This document shows positions 41,661 through 56,683 of a stretch of 64,000 bases of DNA, piece after piece. Each line of letters opens with the position of its first letter. Position 1 is the first letter of the stretch. Both the position numbers and the translations under genes were made by a program. The stretch comes from Eledone cirrhosa (lineage: Eukaryota), in contig OZ024741.1 of the NCBI GenBank assembly GCA_964016885.1, positions 84,072,001-84,136,000 of the forward strand. The letters are read 5' to 3'. The notes under the pieces were generated by a model, which worked only from the letters and a program-made list of their open reading frames with translations, had not been told where the DNA came from and did not search any database.

Positions 41661-42213
41661 ATTCTTTACATTTTTAAATTTGTAAAAATGATCATCGTGT
41701 TCCTCAAAAACAGGGAATACTAGCTTACCTCCTTTTCACTGTCACATGACACTGATAGTGGCGCGGACTACTTTAGCGGCCATTCCCCACCGAACACAAT
41801 GGGCTAGTGTTTGACTTGTTCCGATGGGGCTAACTCCCCGCCGATGAATTTACTCTTAGCTGATTATGTAATGTGTATAAGCATTACCTAATTTCTGTGG
41901 ACGCCAGTCCAACGTGGACCAGCGCCAGCAGAGAGGATAACAGAAACTAGTGCCTAGTCCGGGGACAGTGAATTAAATTCTCTACCCACATGAAATCGTC
42001 TCTCTCACTATTAACGTATAGGTGTGCACTATGCTTTCCTTTTTTATTGGTATCCTTAATTAAAGCATTGAGTAAGTGACAGAACTGCCGGAGATACACG
42101 GGTTCTTCCGATGACGTCGTTTCAATATTATTACATATATATATATGTATATAGATTAATAAATGGATAGATATGTGACCGCGCGTGTGCCTGTGAGTGT
42201 TTATATATACATA

Positions 42214-43208
42214 CGACGTGTGTCAGAAAAGAAACAGGCATAGAGTGGCAAAAGAAATGTCAAGTCCAATCTACAAACTACAAGTTTTCCCTTTCCATGT
42301 AATCCCCATTATATCACTGCCCTCTTGACGGCTTCGATGCCCAGAAAACGGGTACTCTTCATGATCCTTTTGAATTTGGAGAACACATGGAGCCAGGTCG
42401 GTGATATTATTCTGTGTCAGGAAATTGCAGATGTTCTGCATGGTTTGAGCAGGCGCGTTGTTGTGGTGAAGCAAACACGAATTGTCTCACCACAATTCTC
42501 ATTATCCTCACGCACTGAACGAAGCAAGGCCGTAATATACCATTTTTGATATACTGGTTGATTGTCTGTCCCTGTGGCAAGAAATCTATGTGGACGATGG
42601 ACCTCACTTCTAAGAAAGCGAACAACATGCGAACAACTTTGCACTTTGACTCACTTGTATTCTTCGGCCTCGGCATATCTGGACTCATCCACTGAAGGAT
42701 CTGACGCTTGGCCCCTCATAATCGTATAGGTGTGACGCGTACCGATGATGACTCTCTCTACAAGTCTGATTTGGTTTCAAGACGCTCGAGGATGACCTGA
42801 CACACAGGCATGCCCCGCTCCTTCATCGTGCCACAGCTTCAGCACCTTCGCCGCATGCTCAAAACTTCGGTGATAATCTTCCAAACGCTACTCATTTTTT
42901 AAACTTTTATATCACTAAAAGCCCATGAGCGCGACATCGTCTCATCCCAGTACACTTCTTGCAACCTTCCGAATGCCACTGACTGAGGGCTACCCAGCCA
43001 AAACAGAAATGTCAGGCTGGTTCGTTGCTCTGTAACCATCGCTCGACGGCCTAAATTTCAGGATGTGTTAACAAAACCAAATTGTTGTATTGCAGTTATA
43101 TATTCCACGGATATTACATCACACGGAGACGCAATCTACAAATCTCTACCCACCCGCGTCATAATTCAGACAGCACAGTAAGTCCTGTTACTTATATGAC
43201 ATACCTCG
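42214..43208 (-). mobile_element. Mariner DNA transposon remnant
   Basis: TIRs cgacgtgtgtcagaaaagaaacagg / cctgttacttatatgacatacctcg with TA on each side. Transposase remnants PRPK..MLFAF..IVHIDFLPQGQTINQ, LHHNNAPA and DLAPC. Confidence 0.9.
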
Positions 43209-43294
43209 TATATATATGTGTTAGTTAAATCTGAAACTATTGTAATATCCCAATAAAGTTTCTATATATGCAACAGTGACTTCGATCCTACATA

Positions 43295-43325
<31 letters not shown>

Positions 43326-43347
43326 GACACACACATATATACACACG

Positions 43348-43488
<141 letters not shown>

Positions 43489-43773
43489 CAAATAATACAA
43501 CGAGAAAATATATATCGCTCTTAAAGGAATAATCGCTGATTCTATAAATGACTTCTAATTTCTCAGAGAAAATTCCTGCTGTCATTTTGATTCCTACCTA
43601 AAATATCCTACCGTTTAAAAATACTGAAGATTGACAGCATCCATTTGAAGAATTGGCAAGACAATCTCCTCAATAACGTTTCAAATGTGATAAAAATTGC
43701 CAAACAGAAACTAGCCGTCATTTTCAGGACATTGAAAATATTGGTCAGAAATATGATATGATATGATATAATA

Positions 43774-43858
<85 letters not shown>

Positions 43859-45074
43859 GAAAGAGAGAGAAACAAATATAGGTATGCTTATACGTATATT
43901 TGTATGTATAAATGTATATATGTTTTTAAGTAAGCATGTATTTATGTATGTAAGTATGTATACGTCCTCAATTCCTCAGGAAGTACCCTACTCACAGCAT
44001 GCTGTATCAAAGATATTATTACGATATATGATGTCCAGAACAGTAAAGGTACTAAATGTTATCAAGTTTATTCCTACTTAATAAAACACAGCGTGATACT
44101 ATTAATTGAATCTTTTGAAAAATTTCGAAGTAAAAGGTCATCTGTGGCCTATTGTAATAATTCTTTTCAGCGCCTATGTTACTGACCTTCAAAATGTAAT
44201 TTGACATGGGAAAAATCGATAACTTGTGGATCACTTTGAGCACATTTAAAATACACACGAAGCACTCTCTCTATGAGGTTAAGCCCCTTGCACTATTGAT
44301 ACTTTGATCTTTATTTCATACGTTGCTATAACCATTATGAACTGCTCGCAAAAACAGCAGTACACTCTATAGATACGTATTTATAGTATAGTTCTCCTCC
44401 TAAGTGCATAATTTAATACATTAATTGAATTAGTTACCAGAGTAAACACTAATAATATGTCAATTTACAGATCCCGCTCGCTGTTACTGTCAAATTTATA
44501 AAGCCCTAGTCACGTACATCTCTGAGTTGTGACAAATGGATACACCGTTCCAACCAGAACCGAAATTCGAGTCAACCTGTTTATCTTGTTAATTCTATGG
44601 AGAAATACTTGTATAAAGCATGTTTATATATATATATGTGAGCGTGTCTTGTGAATGTGTCTGTTGTTTTTTGGCATATAGTTGAATAGTTTAAGAGTAA
44701 TTTGAGGATAATTGTAAGATATGCACTTAATATTCTGAATTTGTCTACAGAATTCTCTAAACCTTTGTCACTTAGTAGAACCTTAATGATTTTAGCTTTT
44801 AAAGAATCTCCCTTTCCTTTAAATCTATCTACCATGACTGACCCCCCACTGATCTTATAGACACCTGTAAGGAATGGCATGCCATCCTGAACCTGTTTAT
44901 AGAATTCTGTCTGCCTTTGTTACTCTAAAAACAAAAATAAATAAAAATAAACTATAGCTTTGTAGAATTAGCTTTTAATGAATTCCCTTTTCTATCAACC
45001 AATGACCTACACCCATCCCACTCCCCACCCTCTCCTACCACTTGTATAAATACCATACTTATTTTTTGATACCC

Positions 45075-45125
45075 AGATTCCTGATGATTTCTAAAGAATG
45101 AAACACTTCTAGTCCTGTAGAATCT
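45075..45125 (+). ncRNA. Type I hammerhead-like motif in a probable PLE 3' end
   Basis: agattc-CTGATGA-tttc taaa gaat-GAAA-ca(cttctagtcc)t-GTA-gaatct; (TA)n begins about 85 nt downstream. Confidence 0.6.
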
Positions 45126-45211
45126 CATCTATATTAAAACTTATACTCTGCAATGTATTGAGTGCTTCACTTACTGTGGTTACCTCCGATTCAACCCGGA
45201 ATAACGTACCG

Positions 45212-45253
<42 letters not shown>

Positions 45254-45617
45254 CGTGTGTGTGCGCGTGTGTGTGTGTGTGTGTTTACTTTCACATTATA
45301 GTATTTTCGAATAAATCATGTACAGTTCGTGGAAATTTTTGAATGTACAATGTTCTTCATTTGTTTAATGCACAATTCAAAACATAATTGGATTGAGTAG
45401 CAGTGATAATAAGCATGGTAGATTTCCTGATCGCTGTTGCTTCCTCATTTAGTGGCTTTAATAAAGCTGTTAGCTACGTATTTTTGAGGGTTGTGTGTGA
45501 TGTGTATAATGGCTCATATAAGAACCAAAATTAAAATCAAGCCGTTCATATTTTGCAATCTATGGAGAACAACGTCAAAATACATGATTACATGTCTCTA
45601 TGTAAGTATATATATAC

Positions 45618-45649
<32 letters not shown>

Positions 45650-45651
45650 GT

Positions 45652-45693
<42 letters not shown>

Positions 45694-45695
45694 GT

Positions 45696-45766
<71 letters not shown>

Positions 45767-47678
45767 TGTACTTATTTTTAACTTTTAAACTCTGTTCTCT
45801 CATTATACAGATATGAACTTATAAGATTTAGGTGTTATAACTCTTAAGTGTAAAATCGAATATTTAATTAAATGCACTACTACCGCCAAAAGAAAAGTTA
45901 TGCAAATTTACTTGTCCAGTTCTATTTCCACCGCATATAATTGTTATATAAAACATTTCTTCAAGCATTTCTCCGTTGATTTTTCAGGTGAAAAAGTCTT
46001 CTGATGACCATCCCAACAAAGACCAAATTATGAGTCAAGATACTCATCTTTTTCTTCAATTTACGGAAAACTATACGTTAACAAAACATTTTGTGCGTTT
46101 TCATAAGTATAAATGTGCTTAGACATTTTACTGCAGTTTTGGTGAAATCCTGTAGTGTTTTTTACATAAACGTATTTATATTATACATCAGCTGTCTACT
46201 GTACTATTTTCTACAATTGAGCTTCCAGATACACATACATACATACATACATTACATAATACATACGTACATACATGATGGCTGCAATCTCTGCTAAGAT
46301 TATTGCAATCGCTTGTCAGATTACTGAAAATGGTGCACTTGTAGGCTACAGCCAGCCACACGAACCTGTAACATATCCTGAACAAGCAATGTTTGTGCTT
46401 TGAAGGTTTTTTTAAGTGGGGAAAGGCCTTGCACTCGACCAATCCCACTCTCTGAGCATCGAAAACACTACCCAAGAAGGAGAACTGGTCAACATCATCG
46501 AATGCATCCGAAGCCGCAGGTGTTTTTTCAGAGTTTCCCTCTCTTAGAAAGGTGTTGTGACAACAACTGAGGTGCTTTCACTCCCAGGTGAAAAAACAGC
46601 AGTACTATTTCGATGGCCGTTGACTCTGCTGTGTTCCTCCGCCCTTTGTCGGGTCTTGTATTTCATCCCGTAGAGTGTCCAAATATGACCCTCCTCACCA
46701 AGTAAGCTTGGTGGGGTTGCCAGTTTAGTCGCCGACGACCCGGCCATGAGATAGGTTGTACTGGGTTACATATTAGCTGTAGCATTTGAGAGCGACTTAA
46801 CATACATAAATATATACAGAAAAAGAGTGACCGTCGTGGACAGTGTGATACATGAAGATGTGTAATTACTGCTCATATGTAAGCAAGATACCATATATTG
46901 GAAGGGTTGAGCTACAGAATACGGTAATATTACATACAGATATTTCTACATTATATCTATTGTAACACACTACTCACGTTTCAAAGCAATTTACGAAACA
47001 AACTCTAAATATGAGCGTTTAATTTCAATTGTAGAATTAAAAATAGCTGGGCAGTGAACATCTTTAGATTTATTCTGACAAACTTTGTCGAAATCTTTAA
47101 ACAAGACCATCGCCTATTGTGAAATATATATATAGATAGTGCATAGACAAAACTCATCCTGACTAGACGTAAAAATCCGACAAATCTGGTAATCTATATC
47201 AAGTTGAGCGCAGTACTTACCATCAACTACTACATAATACTGTAACCAAAGATTACCGGAAAACCAATCGGAGTGTCATTAATGACATCAACGATGCTGG
47301 GTTTAAAATCACTTCTGAACTCAACATCCGGGACCGGACTGAACCTCTAGACCCTATTTCTCCCCACTTTACCCTACAAACAGAATAACACCAAACCTTC
47401 GTTTACACTTTACAAGTGATCTGGAATGATATGATTCAACAGGCCCACAACCTTAATTTGAATGACAAGCCATACAATACCAGTATAAGTAAAATATGCA
47501 GTAAATTAGAATCGGAGGCAGTAACCGAATAGCAGAAAAATATCATATCCGACGGTCACATAGTCCAGAGGTTTGAAAACAGCCTACCTTTAACCGTTTG
47601 ATATGTCTCAGCCATCACATTGCTAGCAAAGAACTGAAACTATTCAGTCGAGATAGAAACATAAAGCCTGACCCGGCA

Positions 47679-47830
47679 TCATCATGTAGCTTAAACAATA
47701 GTTACGTGCCTTTACGATCTGAGTTCAAATCCCGCCGAGGTTAACTTTGCCTTTCATCCTTACGGGGTCGATAAAATAAAGTACCAGTAATGAACTGGAT
47801 AATTGCTGGCCTTGTGCCTAAAGTAGAAAC
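47679..47830 (+). mobile_element. SINE, 5'-truncated
   Basis: Near-consensus B-box, core and tail. Confidence 0.85.
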
Positions 47831-48340
47831 AATTATATCTCAATCGTTGTAGTTATGAATGTAACACAAAGAGCAATTCCACACATCATGATAACCTACA
47901 AAAATATGTTTGAGAGACGATTTGGGGACATAGGATCTAAAACAAAAAACTCCAGACTACATCAGCTGAAACAAAAATTCACAAATATAGTTGAAAGAAA
48001 AATATGAATTTACTGCATACACACAGCAAATACTGAATAGATTAAAGATTCCAAGTCAGTCTATCATAGCTTCAATGTGAAAATCTAAACTTTTGTGAAC
48101 TACTGGAGATCAGTATTGGGATCAAATGATGGATTCAACAAACAAGCTACATGGCTTAAAGAACGGAAACATTTCCAGCAAAAGCAATACGAAACCAGCT
48201 CTAGGGAAAATATCAAACAGTAAATCACCGGATATTGAATTGAAGATAGCGAGTGTGGCTTTTATACTCTACCACCCTTCTTCAAATTACCAAATGCTGA
48301 ACCTGACTGACGTATTACTGCACCAGCTACTGCAACTCTT

Positions 48341-48505
48341 TTAGAGTTCAGTCTCCTGAATTCCATCACTCGCGAACATATCCCAAAGATATTTGAAATT
48401 CTCCATTTGCTTCAGCGGCGCTCCACTCACACGTAGAGTGCACTGCGCAGGTTTCCCTGCGAGGGCCAGTGTTTTTGCCTTCACAGTACTGATTTCCATT
48501 TTCAT
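48341..48505 (-). mobile_element. RTE LINE RT-thumb fragment
   Basis: MEISTVKAKTL..CTLRVSGAPLKQMENFKYL..FASDG. Confidence 0.7.
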
Positions 48506-50661
48506 AATGTTAGCCATATTAACAAGTATGAAAGAATGCATTCTCGCTACAAACTCCCCAATAACTATGTTGTGAGAGCTAGTAAGATCTTGAATGCATA
48601 ACGGAAGACGAGAATCAAATCAAACGATAAGGAATATGTTGAGTCGGATGGCTCATAAGAATGCTGGTGAAACCTAAAAATAAATACTGCCACCAAATTA
48701 AAGCCTGATATTGGTGATTGAGACTATACATTAAGACACGCTCCGTTGTAGAAATCAAGTGGTCACTTGATGCCAATGTATTTTTAAAAAGCCAAAAAGG
48801 ATGTTATCTAAGGACCATTGATGAGGAATTTGCAGATCCAGTCTCCAAGATATACGTACAGCTTCATATCCTGTATTATTGCAACTGCAGATTATATACC
48901 AAACCGCTTGGACTAAATTATAAATGAACTCGAATTTATGGATAATAAACCTAGTTCTTTAATTCATAAGCTACAAATGGCCGCGATATGGGGAACGTTC
49001 AAAATTTGTAAAACATTCTTACGATTCAAAGGATAAACGCTTACATAAAAGACGATGACAATTCCTTCTTTACAACCTTTCCACCGAGAATGTACCGTTC
49101 AAATCAAACTTAACATTAAGAGAAAGAGAGCATACAAACATACATATTCGCCTATCAAATCGTTGCCTTATTCTCCCAGCGTGGAACTTTATTCTATCCA
49201 CTTCGTCACAAACCATTCAATTTTACAGTTGAATGTGTAGAATGAAAATAGAAACCTCCATTGCCCACTAGGTCATAGAGTTGTTGTTGCTCTTTTTGTG
49301 GCTGTACTGATTTTCTAAATAATTCAGTATAAGTATACTATGGCCATCGTCATTTCATGTCTTCTGCAAAAGATCACATGGACGTTGCTTATAGTCGCGA
49401 TAGATTTGCGAGAGTGTTTCCCAAAGGATAGTGAGGGTGATGACGTAAAAAAAAACAGATCAAATCACGAGGACACAATTCGTGCAGATACCATCTCCAT
49501 TCTATTTGGAGTTAATAGGAGGTCTCTTGGGGAAACAAGGATCCAGATATTTCTACCTTAATAACAATAAATGGTCTTTCTATTTGTCAATGTTACATTC
49601 CTGGTTGAGATGCCGTCATTTGATCTTGGGTTCTAATCTTGGACCAACAGCACCTAGTGTTTTTGAGTAAGGGCTTTCATTTCACATTGCTTATCATGAC
49701 GGAATTGTAGTGCTTTTTATTATAGCATCCGGGATTGTACCCATGAGATGCAGCCCAGTAGGAATCTTGCTAAACTTGCATATATGTACACAATAAAATT
49801 ATAATTATTTTTTTTTATCGGAATAGTTTTTCTTAGATCTCCCCTAAAGAATCCACACAGGACTTTCATTTAACAATTATTTGGATTCATATAATTATGA
49901 TAAACAGCTGTTTTATTATTTTCTTTTCTTTTAGCAAAAAATAGGAAAGTGTCTTTGTGAGCGATATGCATTAACTGTGTCTAAGTACCATTACTATCTG
50001 TATTAGATTAAATGTTTGGAAACTGTCATTACTTTCCTTTCGATATCTAACATATTTTGTTGACTGATACGTGCTTGATCAAAATAAAGCAGGGCACTTA
50101 CACTACCACAGCCAAAACGACAAGAATAGCAATAGTAAAAGAATGGTTTCAGCAGCAACAGTTTAACCAACATAAATCATTGCAATAAATGAATTATTTA
50201 TCATAGGAGAGAAGAATTCCATCTAACTACGCCGTACATGACAAAACATCTGAAGGAAAAGCATATGTTATCTAGTTATTTGCACTCAATTTCCAAACTC
50301 ATTATCAACTTTTTTTTTATTTCTCTTTCAGTCGAGATAATAGCGGATCTTTTATTCATATTTATCAACTCATTTAGATATTGACTTTGTAATTATTTCT
50401 GAGTGACACACACTGAAGTCATTTCCATTTTATTGATTGCCTTATCATAATCAGCCCGACTCTATCTCTCACACATACTTCTCTCTCTATCTTTCTTCTC
50501 TCACTGTCTCACTCCCTCTCAGCCAAACCCTATACCCAACTATCTATACTTTTCACACTTTCTCTCTAGTTACATTCTCGATAGTGCTATATATCTCTTG
50601 CCATGTCTTTCTTTATTGCTCGTCCCATCACCCACTATCGCTCGAACCACACATACACACA

Positions 50662-50769
<108 letters not shown>

Positions 50770-51613
50770 ACTTTTGCTTTCATTGTAATGTGCTACCATT
50801 TATTCCCATGAAAATGTTATTTAAAATATATTGATGATATGAAATAAATAATACAAAATATATATAACTATAATAAAAAATATAATAATGTTTTTATTTT
50901 GTTTTTATGTGGGGATATTATCAGTGAGGAAAAATACAGATATCCAGAATATGAGGATTGGAAAATAAACAATTCTCATAATTATAGTTTTACCGAGATA
51001 GGAAAAAAAATACAAATAAAATATACTATGGTAGTATAATACATAGAGAAAATACATAAACAGAGTTTGAGGAAGTTTACGTATATACAGTACACAATAT
51101 GCAAAAATAATAGAATGTTTAGACACGGTACATATTAAGTATTATCTGTTTGCATATGTTCAGTAGAATTAATGCAAAGTGAAAATAAATCATGTTTGCA
51201 TGGCCCAACGTGGCCGCAATTGAATGGTTGGAACCAACACATGTAATCTAGAATAAAACAATAAAATAATCCGCACGAGAGATTAAGAGTGGGAGGGTGG
51301 GGGTAAATTGATTCTAAAGACAGATGAATTATTGAATGTTTGAAGTCAATGCATTTCAATTAATGTTGACAATAATGAAGAATTTTTCAGGCGTTAGATA
51401 AATGTTCTCGGTATCACTTTGGAACATAACTTGCCAAACATGTCTGACATGATATTATGTTGGAATGCATTAAGTTATATATAAAAAATAAGTGGGAGTT
51501 TGATTGATATCAAACCATTCTATGTATGCTTCATTATACACCCTCTCTAGTGTAAATACTATCTTGACGATATTGCATATTGATATCATTTGTGTTATAT
51601 ATTATTATATTAT

Positions 51614-51727
51614 CTGAGTTCAAATCCCGCCGAGGTTAACTTTGCCTTTCATCCTTACGGGGTCGATAAAATAAAGTACCAGTAATACACTGGCATAATT
51701 GCTGGTCTCGTGCCAAAAGTAGAAACA
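51614..51727 (+). mobile_element. SINE, 5'-truncated, with TSD
   Basis: Core and tail; direct repeat gttatatattattata at 51594 and 51728. Confidence 0.85.
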
Positions 51728-51746
51728 GTTATATATTATTATAACC

Positions 51747-51931
51747 GTTTCTACTTTTGGCACAAGGCCAGCAATTATCCCAGTGTATTACTGGTACTTT
51801 ATTTTATCGACCTCGTAAGGGTAAAAGGAAAAGTTAACCTCGGCGGGATTTGAACTCAGTCCGTAAAGGGACGTAACTGTGCTGCAAAGCATGGCGCCCG
51901 ACCCTCTACCGATACTGCCAATTCACCGCCC
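51747..51931 (-). mobile_element. SINE, full length, with TSD
   Basis: Head gggcggtgaattggcagtatcggtagag; tattattataa on both sides. Confidence 0.9.
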
Positions 51932-52579
51932 TATTATTATAATGTATGTCTAAAATATAACAGTGGAAACGGCAAATAGTTGTGGTTACTGATTTGTGGA
52001 AGTAATTAAATATGACAGTAATATTTACAAGATCCGCCACCATATTTATATGCATATTATGATTTTTATATTTAGCACCTGTTATATATAAAGTAAAATT
52101 AGATCTAAATATATCACACTTATTATTAGTTTAATTTAACAGTTCTTCAATCGGTTTAGGTGAATGAAGAATGATTGTCTGTAATACCGGTACACTACCG
52201 CAGCAGAAAAATGGAGTATTTGTGTAAGCCACCCTAAAGATCGACCCATTTAATCACCTGAATGCATTATATTTGAAACATTTCTAATCCAACTTCCCCA
52301 AACTGTAATTTCTTTTAGTTTTCTATTTGTTTTTAATTGTCAATTTTCAGATGCCTGGAAATTGTCTGGACACATTTAATATGCGAGGAACATACTCCCT
52401 AGAATAACGCGGCTCTCTTTATAAATAGAGGACCTAGTTGAGTATATAAAAACCAGAGACAGAAAAGAAGACAGGAACACTTGTGGGAATTGAAATCACA
52501 TGTGGCCTATGCAATGCGTTACTTTCACATCTTAACGTTAAAGAGAGATGTATGTTTGTAAATATGATACCGTAGGTAA

Positions 52580-52630
<51 letters not shown>

Positions 52631-53540
52631 TGTGTGTGTGTATATATATATATATGTGTGTGTGTATATATATATGTGTGTGTGTATGTGTATATATATA
52701 TATATATACATTATATATATATACATACATTATATTTATATATATATACATTATATAACTATATATATATATATATATACCTAGGTCTATATGTAGGTTG
52801 TTTTGCTTGGCCACAGCCAAATTTCGATTTTACTAAACTTCCACTTGTAATATATATATATATATATGCTTGAACGGGCGTCGATATTTATATGGATATA
52901 TGTTAGTCTGTCTCACTCTTTCTTCTCAGTGATATTATATTCGAATGTGTGTAAATGTTTGTGTGTGCGTGTGTTTGCATGTGTGTGTATATGACAAAGT
53001 ATTGGGTTTCATAGAATCCTCTGGAAATATATAAGTTCATTGCCCCAGCATTTGCGCATTAACACGGTGAAACTGGCAACATAAAAATAAAAAACATGCC
53101 TCCGACAACCAAAATTGTATCTATGTGCATATGTGACACACAAATATGTATATATATATATATATTGTTAGACACGCAGTGACTAACAAAAGAATGTTTT
53201 AAGCCTGCGTGTCTGACATATATGCGTATCTTGTGAATAAAAAATTAAAGGGGTATCGCTGGCCGTGGTGATCGCTGGCCGTGGTAATCGCCAAATATGT
53301 TTTGTAATGTATCGTCTTATTGGCTAATCAACCAACGACAGTAATTGTTGCTCAACAGCATCCGCCATTTTGTTTTCACGTTTATTTATCTTTTCGCTTT
53401 CGAATCTTCCTCCTGTATTTTGTCGTTTATCATCAAAATATTTTTCTCGTTTTGGTAAGTTATATTGTTAATTTACATATGATTTTTCAAATTGATATTA
53501 ACTATTTTTTTTTTCAGTTCGTTATAACATGCTTATAATT

Positions 53541-53727
53541 GTTTCTACGTTAGGCACAAGGCCAGCAATTATCCAGTGCATTACTGGTACTTTATTTTTT
53601 CGACCCCGTAAGGATGAAAGGCAAAGTTAACCTCGGCGGGATTTGAACTCAGAATGTAAAGGGGCCGTAACTCTATACGTCAAAGCATGGCGTTCGACCC
53701 TCTACCAATACTGCCAATCCACCGCCC
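53541..53727 (-). mobile_element. SINE, full length, with TSD
   Basis: tgcttataat at 53530 and 53729. Confidence 0.9.
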
Positions 53728-53807
53728 TTGCTTATAATATTGGTTTATCATATTTACTTGTATATTTGTCCATATTATTGTTCGTTTTATGTTAGATTAT
53801 TTTGTTA

Positions 53808-54340
53808 TTGTTATACTTTGGGAGGGTCATGTTGCCAATAAGAAACACACGCACCAGTTGCTTTCACTTCAATTTATTATATATTTATAAATTTATAAAT
53901 TTACAAATCTACAAACTTATAAATTTCTGGTTGGTTGGTTGGTTCCACAACCAGATAGTTGTTTATATATAGTCATAGTCCTTTCGTCACACACTCTGTG
54001 ACCTCTTCAGTGACTGGAGATTCCTTTTTTTGTTTCTGTGCCTTTCCTTTCCTCTGTCCTACGCCATTTTGTTTCTGTGTGTGTGTTGTGTGCTCAGTTT
54101 GCGCATGCGCCACATCCGGGTGTCTGTGTGTGTTTGTGTTCATTTATCTATTTGTTTATTTATTTATTTATTTATTTACATGTTGTTGGTTGGTTGTTTG
54201 TTCTATGTGTGTGTGTGTTTTCATTTTGTCCTTAATTGTAAGTTGTGATCTTGCTGTTCAACTTATATTTTCTATTTAATTTTGGTTGTAATTCTTTTAT
54301 GCTTACTGCCTCTGTAATTTGCCTAAACATTGCATCTTTT
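53808..54340 (-). mobile_element. PLE 3' end (same family as 14091-15650)
   Basis: Aligns by eye with 14091-14590 and includes the last codons of the GIY-YIG domain. Confidence 0.9.
53971..54015 (-). ncRNA. Minimal type I hammerhead ribozyme
   Basis: agtca-CTGAAGA-ggtcaca gagtg tgtgac-GAAA-gga-CTA-tgact. Confidence 0.75.
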
Positions 54341-54839
54341 CACTTTTCACTTTTTCACTTACACTTATACACACACAGTTACACACACATATATATTTAC
54401 ACACACATATCTTACGGCTTTCACACGCTAGCGCACCCTCTTGATTTAACCCATTTGGTCAGTAGCTTTTGCCACAGCCTATCACGCGCACGCGCATTCT
54501 TTCCCTCGTTTAAATTTTAAATAATTTTCTCCCCATAACGGCATTCCTGTCTTAACGACATCACAACTTTCTCCGCTTGGCCTGTTTCCCCCCCCCCCCT
54601 TTTGGAACTTTCCCCCGTTGATGGGCGTGAGCCCGAAATATTGGGATTAAATCTCTACTACGGTAACCCTTCTACCTTTGTTTTGTTTTCATCTTTGTCT
54701 CTCTCAATTTTCACTTTCACCTGTTTTTCCTATCTATCTTTCACTTCCTACCTCGAGATTTCCCTCTGCATTGTTGTGGCTTTCTTAAATACGTATTTTA
54801 CACATTTCACAATGCTTCAAGCAAACTTTAACACCCTCT

Positions 54840-55392
<553 letters not shown>

Positions 55393-55426
55393 TAAGATCA
55401 AAAGATGGTTAAAGGAGTTCCATGTA

Positions 55427-55493
55427 TTTTATTATGCGCATTTCAAAAACAAACATCATCATGCAATAATATTTGTGTTTTCATCAGATAAAA
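55427..55493 (-). ncRNA. Hammerhead ribozyme in 3' pLTR (36-nt stem II)
   Basis: ttttat-CTGATGA-aaacacaaatatt..gatgtttgttttt-GAAA-tgcgc-ATA-ataaaa; stem III is the palindrome ATGCGCAT. Confidence 0.85.
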
Positions 55494-56683
55494 CAGGAGA
55501 ACATGATATGAAGGCTAAAAAACACTTGTGGATAGTGCAGTTTTAAATCAACATATGAAAAGTAGTTTTAGATTGATGTGTGATATTGGGAAAAATATTT
55601 TATTTAGAGAGGGGGGGTGGAAAGGATGAAAAAAGGGGAGGAGATGAGAGTGAAGGTGGAGAGGGAGAGATGGGTGATAGAGAGAAAGAGATAGTTTTTA
55701 TAACTGAGAGAAGATATATTGTTTTACATAGAGAGGTTGAAAACCGTTGGAAGATAATGTATAAATTAAAAGAATTTGAAAATTAACGAAGGGAAAAATA
55801 TGTACGAGGAAAAAAAATATATATATATTTTATTTAGAGAGGGGGGGTGGAAAGGATGAAAAAAGGGGAGGAGATGAGAGTGAAGGTGGAGAGGGAGAGA
55901 TGGGTGATAGAGAGAAAGAGATAGTTTTTATAACTGAGAAAAGATATATTGTTTTACATAGAGAGGTTGAGAACCGTTAGAAGATAATGTATAAATTAAA
56001 AGAATTTGAAAATTAACGAAGGGAAAAAAATATGTACGAGGAAAGAGAGGGATTAAAAAGTTTGAAGATAGAGAGAAAAAATAATAATTGCGGATGAATA
56101 TTCTAACGTCAAAAGGGTGTATGTTTATAAGTATTATGGCAATTTCAAAATTAATGAAGAGAAAAAATTATTAAGGTTTGCGTGTTGAAGGATTTGAGAA
56201 AAAATAATGTGAAGTTAAAGTTTGTATATTGAAGGAATTGATAATATGTGCGAAGAAAGAGTTAATATGTATTAAAAAATTATTAAGGTTTGTGTATTAG
56301 ATGATTTGAGAAAAATAATGTGAAGTTAAGGTTTGTATATTGAAGGAATTGATAATATGTGCGAAGAAAGAGTTAATATGTATTAAGAATGAATATTCTA
56401 GCGTCAAAAGAAGGAGAGGCAGTTAATGTATTGATATTAAAGTTTGATGATGGAGAGAAAAAAATAATAATTGCGGATGAATATTCTAACGTAAAGAAAA
56501 AACAACAAATGTATATGTTATGAAGGATTTTACAAGGTGAAGATAGAATGAGGGTAATGAGTAAACAAGTATTATAGAGTGTATAATGCCCTTTGAAGTG
56601 AGGTAGGAAGATGGGTATAATTTACAGAGGTGTGTGTATATGTGCCTTTGAGAAAAGATTCTAAATTGATAAAGAATTGAATA

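Larger units (their letters stand above)
47050..49036 (+). mobile_element. Decayed RLE-type non-LTR element interrupted by a SINE and an RTE fragment
   Basis: C-terminal remnants KPDI, VVEIK.SLDANV and GTFKICKTFLRF*. Confidence 0.5.

Noticed and set aside
46270-46800. Possible RTE-related fragment
   Set aside because: Only weak resemblance (DVDQFSFLGS); insufficient for a call.
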